Positions 58,929 through 64,000 of a stretch of DNA of 64,000 nucleotides are shown piece after piece; positions within the stretch are counted from its first letter, which is position 1, and each line of letters starts with the position of its first letter. Made by a program: the position numbers and the translations under genes. The notes under the pieces were generated by a model that saw only the letters and a program-made list of their open reading frames with translations, did not search any database and was not told the origin of the DNA. The DNA is from an uncultured Gammaproteobacteria bacterium (GTDB lineage: Bacteria > Patescibacteriota > Patescibacteriia > XYB2-FULL-38-15): positions 343,277 through 407,276 of the forward strand of contig OZ246416.1 of assembly GCA_965231095.1 (NCBI GenBank). Direction: 5' to 3'.

Positions 58929-59005
58929 TAGCGGGACTGGGAGGGATTGAACCTCCGACCTGCGGATATTGAAAATCCGCTGCTCTACCACTGAGCTACA
59001 GTCCT
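58929..59005 (-). tRNA. Aberrant tRNA-like RNA with an extended anticodon arm (UCA centred)
   Basis: AGGACTG/CAGTCCC acceptor; TAGCTCAGTGGTAGAGC; GCGGAT-TTTCAAT-ATCCGC; GGAGG-TTCAATC-CCTCC; CTA instead of CCA. Confidence 0.72.
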
Positions 59006-59082
59006 CACACGGCAGTTGCCTGCCGTGTCCGTCGGCAAAAAGCCGCCGGAAATTTAACACACTTTAGTATTTTTGTACTTTC

Positions 59083-59111
59083 TTTATACCAAACCTCAAA
59101 AAATTAGTCAA
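59083..59111 (-). promoter_or_regulatory. Sigma70-type promoter of the non-coding unit
   Basis: TTGACT-17-TATAAA with an extended TG. Confidence 0.7.
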
Positions 59112-59192
59112 GCGATTACGCCATAAATAAAACCAGCCTCTCGGCTGGAATTTTTTCCAATTACTACTCACCATTTACCAATTACTCAATTT

Positions 59193-59918
59193 CTACTTCC
59201 CCTTCACCGCCGCACCCTCCCCCGCTCCCATTCTTTTTTTAAACATCTGTCTAAAGAAGATAACTACAAACGAAAAAAGTAAAGAAGTCAAAATGAAAAT
59301 TGATTTGGCCATCGGAAGAATCCATAAAATAAAAAAACATGCCGCCGGAAAAAATATCATGTAGGCCACTTCGGATTTTGTGAGCCCGCTTTCTTTACCG
59401 CGGTAGTCAATAAAAATTTCAAAAAATAAAATCACACCAACCAGGCCGCTCCAAAATAAATTTTTCACTTCTCCCAAGTCGGCTCCCCAAAAATTAGTAT
59501 TAATAAAATCCGGATGCGTCACCCAAGAATACAGGTCGCCAAGTTTTCCATTAATTCCGCCAATAAAAACTTGATACAAGAGAACCAAAGTCAAAGCCTG
59601 CACGCCAAGCACCATAACTTTCGCCCAGGGACTCACGCGGTGTTCGCGCATCACCTTGCGAATCATCTCTTTTTTCTGAATAGGATCATTTTTAAAATCC
59701 TCCCCGATTTTATCTATTTTTTGCCCAAGCCTTTCATACAAAATTTTGCTGCGCTCGGAGACAACAGTAAAGGGCAAAAGAACAATACGGATAAGAATTG
59801 TTAAATAAATAATCGCCACACCCAAATTTCCAAAAGCCGGAACGTTATAAAGCCAAATCAAAATATTCAAAAGAGGGGTGTAGAGAAAATCGTGCCAAAT
59901 GGTTGAAAACATAATCAA
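59193..59918 (-). CDS. yidC: YidC/Oxa1 membrane insertase (short form)
   Basis: GNLGVAIIYLTILIRIVLLP, coiled hairpin, NTNFWGADL, multiple TM. Confidence 0.8.
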   Translation of the reverse strand: MIMFSTIWHDFLYTPLLNILIWLYNVPAFGNLGVAIIYLTILIRIVLLPFTVVSERSKILYERLGQKIDKIGEDFKNDPIQKKEMIRKVMREHRVSPWAKVMVLGVQALTLVLLYQVFIGGINGKLGDLYSWVTHPDFINTNFWGADLGEVKNLFWSGLVGVILFFEIFIDYRGKESGLTKSEVAYMIFFPAACFFILWILPMAKSIFILTSLLFSFVVIFFRQMFKKRMGAGEGAAVKGK

Positions 59919-59955
59919 CTAACTTTTAACTTTTCACTTTAAACTTATAACTTTT

Positions 59956-60033
59956 TGGTAGCCCCATCGGGATTTAAACCCGAGTTTCCTCCGTGAGAGG
60001 GAGGCGTCCTAGATCAGGCTAGACGATGAGGCC
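59956..60033 (-). tRNA. tRNA-Glu(CTC) with encoded CCA
   Basis: GGCCTCA/TGGGGCT acceptor; CCTCC-CTCTCAC-GGAGG anticodon arm; ends ACCA. Confidence 0.88.
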
Positions 60034-60093
60034 GTAACATTTCTAATCTAAACTGATTTTTAGTATATCAAAAAAAGAAAAATTTGTCGATAG

Positions 60094-60254
60094 AAAAAGG
60101 CTCTCAATCAAATTGACCAAGAGCCGGGGTGACCCATATAGCAACATAGAGTTTGACTCTGTGTCACAGACATTGACTTATGCCTCGAGCACAAGCCTCC
60201 GTCGCCCGGCCCCGTCGGACCGGCATACCGCCCACGGGTCTGTTAGCGGCTCTT
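60094..60254 (-). ncRNA. Candidate ~135-160 nt ncRNA (possibly 6S-like) with an overlapping terminator
   Basis: TTGACA-17-TATAAA promoter (60285-60257); end-to-end pairing aagagccg/cggctctt; long irregular stem. Confidence 0.55.
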
Positions 60255-60339
60255 TATTTATAAAGCATAGTGGGAATTTTGTCAAGTATCAGCAAATACT
60301 TAAAAGCGAGTCTTGCGACTCGCCTTGATTTTAAAAATA

Positions 60340-61632
60340 TTAATTTCTCTTTCTCGCCCACTCCGGATCCTGGCGGACCAAAAGTTCCGCGGCCATAAGC
60401 GGCTCTGCCATCAACTCCTTCACCACTTTTTCCATCCTCATCCCCTGCGAACCTTTGACCAAAACCACATCGCCTTGTTTCATTTTTCCCTGGACAAAAA
60501 GCCCGGCTTCTTCTGGTGTCGGAAAGTTTGAAATTTTATCTTCACTCATCCCGGCCTCTTTGGCCGCCCGAGAAATATCACGCGACCGTTCGCCAACCGT
60601 CACCAAAAAATCAACGCCGCTTGCCGAGGCCGCCCGACCAACTTGTTTATGACCTTCTTCGCTGAAACTCCCAAGTTCCAACATATCTCCAAGCACCGCA
60701 AATTTTTTATCATCTTCTGCCGGCAATTTTATTGATTGCAAAACTCCGAGCGCCGCCTCAACCGGAATTGGCGAAGCGTTATATGTATCATCAATAATCA
60801 AAGTTCTCTTAATTCCGGGGATCAAATTCATGCGGCCTTTTGGCGCCGTGTATCTCTTTAAACTTTCCGCAACTTCAACAAGATTCATTCCATGAATTAT
60901 GCCAACCGCCGCGCCGGCCAACGCCGCGTAAATATGTTGTCGCCCCAAAACTCCGGAGAGAAAAATCGGAACCATGGCACCGGCATAACTCAATTTAAAA
61001 TTCATTCCTTTAATTTCCACTCCTTCGCCGATCACGCTTTCTTCCTGCGCCCGAACTTCGGCATCAACTCCAAAACCATAAGTTAAAACCTTGGCCCGCG
61101 TTTTATCACGCATCTCAAAAACTTTTTCATCGTCACGATTTAAGACGGCAAAACCGTCAGGTTTCAAATGGCTGACAATAATTCTTTTTTCCTTAATTAT
61201 TTTTTCCACACTTTCAAAAAATTCCAAATGCGCCGGGCCGATTCCTGTCACCACTCCGACCTTACAGGGCGCGAGCTCGGTCAAATATTTTATATCGCCC
61301 GGATGGTCGGCTCCCATTTCCAAAACTAAAATCTGCGGATAATTTTCGTCGCGGCCAATCCATAATTTTAATCCATGAAAAATTACCCCAAGCCATTTTA
61401 TAACTGATTTGCGCCCGGACGGAACTCCCAAAACCGAAAGCGGCAGCCCCAATTCATTATTATAATTTTTCAAATTCTGGCGCGCGCGAAATTTCGCAGA
61501 GAGCACGGCAAAAATCGCCTCTTTGGTTGAGGTCTTGCCCATACTGCCCGTAATGCCAATTACTTCCGGTTTATATTTTTTTAAAACTCTTCTGGCCAAA
61601 ACGTATAAAATTTTCTGAACTATTTTTTTCAT
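60340..61632 (-). CDS. murF: UDP-MurNAc-tripeptide--D-Ala-D-Ala ligase
   Basis: GITGSMGKTSTKE, NYNNELGLP, DDTYNASP, LGDMLELG, VKGSQ; start moved to MKKIV. Confidence 0.93.
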   Translation of the reverse strand: MKKIVQKILYVLARRVLKKYKPEVIGITGSMGKTSTKEAIFAVLSAKFRARQNLKNYNNELGLPLSVLGVPSGRKSVIKWLGVIFHGLKLWIGRDENYPQILVLEMGADHPGDIKYLTELAPCKVGVVTGIGPAHLEFFESVEKIIKEKRIIVSHLKPDGFAVLNRDDEKVFEMRDKTRAKVLTYGFGVDAEVRAQEESVIGEGVEIKGMNFKLSYAGAMVPIFLSGVLGRQHIYAALAGAAVGIIHGMNLVEVAESLKRYTAPKGRMNLIPGIKRTLIIDDTYNASPIPVEAALGVLQSIKLPAEDDKKFAVLGDMLELGSFSEEGHKQVGRAASASGVDFLVTVGERSRDISRAAKEAGMSEDKISNFPTPEEAGLFVQGKMKQGDVVLVKGSQGMRMEKVVKELMAEPLMAAELLVRQDPEWARKRN

Positions 61633-61656
61633 AAATGAATTTATATGTAAACACAG

Positions 61657-61715
61657 ATTAGCTCCTCGGCTCGGAAAAAATGTAAACATTTTTTCTCTCA
61701 CCTTACGTCGCTAAT
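61657..61715. repeat. Hairpin element GCTCGGAAA-stem-TTTCTCTCAC, copy 2
   Basis: attagc...gctaat outer stem; inner gaaaaaatgt/acattttttc. Confidence 0.55.
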
Positions 61716-61724
61716 AAATCAAAA

Positions 61725-63563
61725 TTACCTGCTTGGAGGCACTTTCAGATAGTTTAGCATAAATTTGGCAATTTCGCCAAATAGCGGCGCGGCGGTGGAT
61801 TCCGCCCAAATCGTAGAGCGAGGATGATCTATTTTTGTCAACATTACAAACCTCGGATCTTCCACCGGCGCAAAACCGACAAATGAACCAATCGTCGCGT
61901 CAGCCTCATAGCCGCCTCCTCCTTTTTTCGGAATCTGCGCCGTTCCGGTTTTCCCGGCGACATAATATCCCGAAACTCCGGCGCGCCGGCCATGCCCGTT
62001 TTCTACTACCGAAACTAACATCCCGCCCAAAAGCGTGGAAGTTCTCGGCACAATTACTTGCCGCAAAACTTTTGGCTCTGTTTTAATTACTTGTCCGTTT
62101 ATTTTTATAATTCTATCAACAATATGCGGCTCCATAAGTTTTCCGCCGTTCGCAATCGCCGAAAAAGCGGTGACAATCTGAATCGGCGTGACCGAAATTC
62201 CTTGACCGAACGACCCGGTCGCGCTCCAAATTTTTCCTTTTTTGCCCAAAGAACTGATGCTACCGGAATTTTCAAAATCCAGTTCAATCCCCGTCTCCGC
62301 CCCAAACCCAAAATCCTCCACGTATTTTTTAAAAATTTCCGGGCCGATTGTGTTCACCGCGTAAACCGCGCCGGTATTTAATGATTCATCCAAAACTTGC
62401 GTCATTGTTTGCACGCCGTGCGCTTTCAGATCGGAATTTTTAATCGTGCGGTCGTCAACTTTTATTTCTCCTTCATCAACATAAGTCGTAGTCGGAGTAA
62501 TTTTCCCGACATCCAGCGCCGCGGCAATGGTAATGGCTTTAAAAATTGATCCCGGCTCATACTGATAAAAAACCGCCGGATTATTGTAAATATTAATATC
62601 ATCCACTTTAGCATATTCGTTCGGATTAAAATCCGGATAAGAACACATCGCCAAAATCGCGCCGGTTTTTGGATCCATAATTATCACTGTCCCACCGTCC
62701 GCGTCATGGCGCTCCACCGCCTCTTTTAATTTTCCACAAGCAAAATATTCAATATTTCTGTCAATCGTAATCACAATATCCGCGCCGTCTTCCGCTTTCT
62801 GCCATTCTCGGCCGGAAATCGGAATCCACCGCCCGGCCACGTCTTTTTCCGAAGAAAGAAATCCCTGGACACCGCCAAGTTCTTTTTCAAAATATCCTTC
62901 AAGCCCGTACTGCCCGATTTTTTTATCATCTTTTATTCCAACAAATCCCAAAAGATGGCTGGCTAAACTATTTTCCGGATAATAGCGCGCTTCTTCTTCA
63001 ATAAAACCTATCCCCTCCGCTTTCAGTTCTCTAATTTTTTCGGCCGTCTCCTCGGCGATGCCGCGGCGCAACGGCTCATACGGATCATTTTCCTTTTTCA
63101 ATTTTGCCAAAAATTCTTCTTCTAAATTTTTTTTCTCAACAAATTCAATATCTTCAATTTCTTCCTCGCTTAACTCTTCTCCTTCTTTTTCTTCTCTTTT
63201 ATATAAAATTTCCGCGAGCTCTTCCGCCAACTTTTGGGCCCCCACAATTTTTCGCGGATCAACATAAACGAGATATAAAGATTGGTTCGTGGCCAGAGGA
63301 TATAATTTTTCACTGCCGCTATTCTCATCTGATCCGATTTCTTGCATCAAAATTCTTCCCCGCTCGGGAAAAATCTCTTTGTAAATTTCGTGCTGGCCGG
63401 CGGCAAGCGCCGAATAAAAATCATTATTTATAACTTGCAAACTAAAAAGGCGGAGAGCGATAATCCCCGCCAATAAAAAAATAATCACCCGCAGAAGGCG
63501 GAGGCGGCGATCCCCTTCGTTGATTTTTTCCCGAATTTTTTTTCTCTCTCTAAACTTCATCAT
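61725..63563 (-). CDS. Class B penicillin-binding protein (FtsI-like)
   Basis: EPGSIFK (SxxK), SLN (SxN), KTGT; N-terminal TM; start moved to MMKFR. Confidence 0.93.
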   Translation of the reverse strand: MMKFRERKKIREKINEGDRRLRLLRVIIFLLAGIIALRLFSLQVINNDFYSALAAGQHEIYKEIFPERGRILMQEIGSDENSGSEKLYPLATNQSLYLVYVDPRKIVGAQKLAEELAEILYKREEKEGEELSEEEIEDIEFVEKKNLEEEFLAKLKKENDPYEPLRRGIAEETAEKIRELKAEGIGFIEEEARYYPENSLASHLLGFVGIKDDKKIGQYGLEGYFEKELGGVQGFLSSEKDVAGRWIPISGREWQKAEDGADIVITIDRNIEYFACGKLKEAVERHDADGGTVIIMDPKTGAILAMCSYPDFNPNEYAKVDDINIYNNPAVFYQYEPGSIFKAITIAAALDVGKITPTTTYVDEGEIKVDDRTIKNSDLKAHGVQTMTQVLDESLNTGAVYAVNTIGPEIFKKYVEDFGFGAETGIELDFENSGSISSLGKKGKIWSATGSFGQGISVTPIQIVTAFSAIANGGKLMEPHIVDRIIKINGQVIKTEPKVLRQVIVPRTSTLLGGMLVSVVENGHGRRAGVSGYYVAGKTGTAQIPKKGGGGYEADATIGSFVGFAPVEDPRFVMLTKIDHPRSTIWAESTAAPLFGEIAKFMLNYLKVPPSR

Positions 63564-63889
63564 AAACTTCCTTCTAAGGTAATTTCCATCCAATCATTTT
63601 GCGCCTCATCCCACTTGTAAGCTTTAAATTTTTGGCTCTTTTCTGTTTCTGAATAAAGATATTCTACCGATGCCTGACTGCCCATTCTCTTTGACCCCAA
63701 GGTTTTTTTTCCGGTGACAACAGCCCTGGTCGTGCGCTCAATTTTCATTTTTCCAAGCGGCCCATTGAAAATCACAAACTCACGAAAACCGCGGCCAACT
63801 TCCTCGGGTAGATCTTCCTTTCCCTCTTCCAAAACCGGAAATTTATCTTTGAGCGTGGCGATTGTATCTAACCATCTTTCGTCGGTCAT
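63560..63889 (-). CDS. Conserved CPR hypothetical protein
   Basis: 109-aa ORF overlapping the PBP start; host-like codon usage. Confidence 0.65.
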   Translation of the reverse strand: MTDERWLDTIATLKDKFPVLEEGKEDLPEEVGRGFREFVIFNGPLGKMKIERTTRAVVTGKKTLGSKRMGSQASVEYLYSETEKSQKFKAYKWDEAQNDWMEITLEGSL

Positions 63890-63898
63890 ATGGGAAAA

Positions 63899-64000
63899 TT
63901 ATTTTTTAAAATATTTTCTGCCTTTTAATTTTTCCGGAAAATAATCTTGATGGACGGGTTCTTTAAAATTTGGATTATATTTATATCCCTTTCCGTAACC
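63899..64000 (-). CDS. rarA: C-terminus of replication-associated recombination protein A (partial)
   Basis: Manual translation GYGKGYKYNPNFKEPVHQDYFPEKLKGRKYFKK* matches the MgsA C-terminal pattern. Confidence 0.75.
   Translation of the reverse strand, partial: GYGKGYKYNPNFKEPVHQDYFPEKLKGRKYFKK

Noticed and set aside
58929-59005. tRNA-Sec
   Set aside because: It has UCA and a 6-bp anticodon stem, but lacks the long variable arm and the extended acceptor and D stems of tRNA-Sec; no sel genes in the window.

Overview
A 64-kb chromosomal segment that looks like Patescibacteria/CPR (Parcubacteria-like; this is inferred from gene content, short AT-rich intergenic spacers and CPR-type hypothetical proteins). 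Genetic code 11 fits, since UGA is used as a stop. Almost all genes are on the minus strand. Housekeeping content: gatA/gatC, ligA, a type IV pilus cluster (pilM-N-O-P-B-C-A-D plus four minor pilins), rnhA, recJ, lepA, murJ, ackA-pduL-pfkB-hpf, RNA modification genes (rsmE, trmH, rlmN, truB), dnaX, a VirD4/HerA-like ATPase, corA, cysS, a CIRCE-controlled hrcA-grpE-hsp20-dnaK-dnaJ cluster, yidC, murF, a class B PBP, tRNA-Gln and tRNA-Glu. Four things stand out against this background. (1) A self-contained ~1.07-kb non-coding transcription unit (about 59076 to 58007, minus strand) has its own promoter and terminator. It carries two aberrant tRNA-like RNAs with UCA-centred anticodon loops of 9 and 6 nt, then a ~790-nt GC-rich structured RNA. 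That RNA contains an exact copy of the 16S rRNA helix-24 '790 loop' and weaker colinear 16S-like motifs. (2) Several solitary GC-rich orphan genes each have a sigma70-type promoter and a strong Shine-Dalgarno; one has a 190-nt multibranched leader. (3) A second ~135-nt candidate ncRNA lies upstream of tRNA-Glu. (4) There are many palindromic REP/MITE-like elements, including a GIY-YIG gene flanked by inverted repeats, and heptamer micro-repeats, some in-frame in housekeeping genes. All calls are from reading the sequence only; no searches were run.
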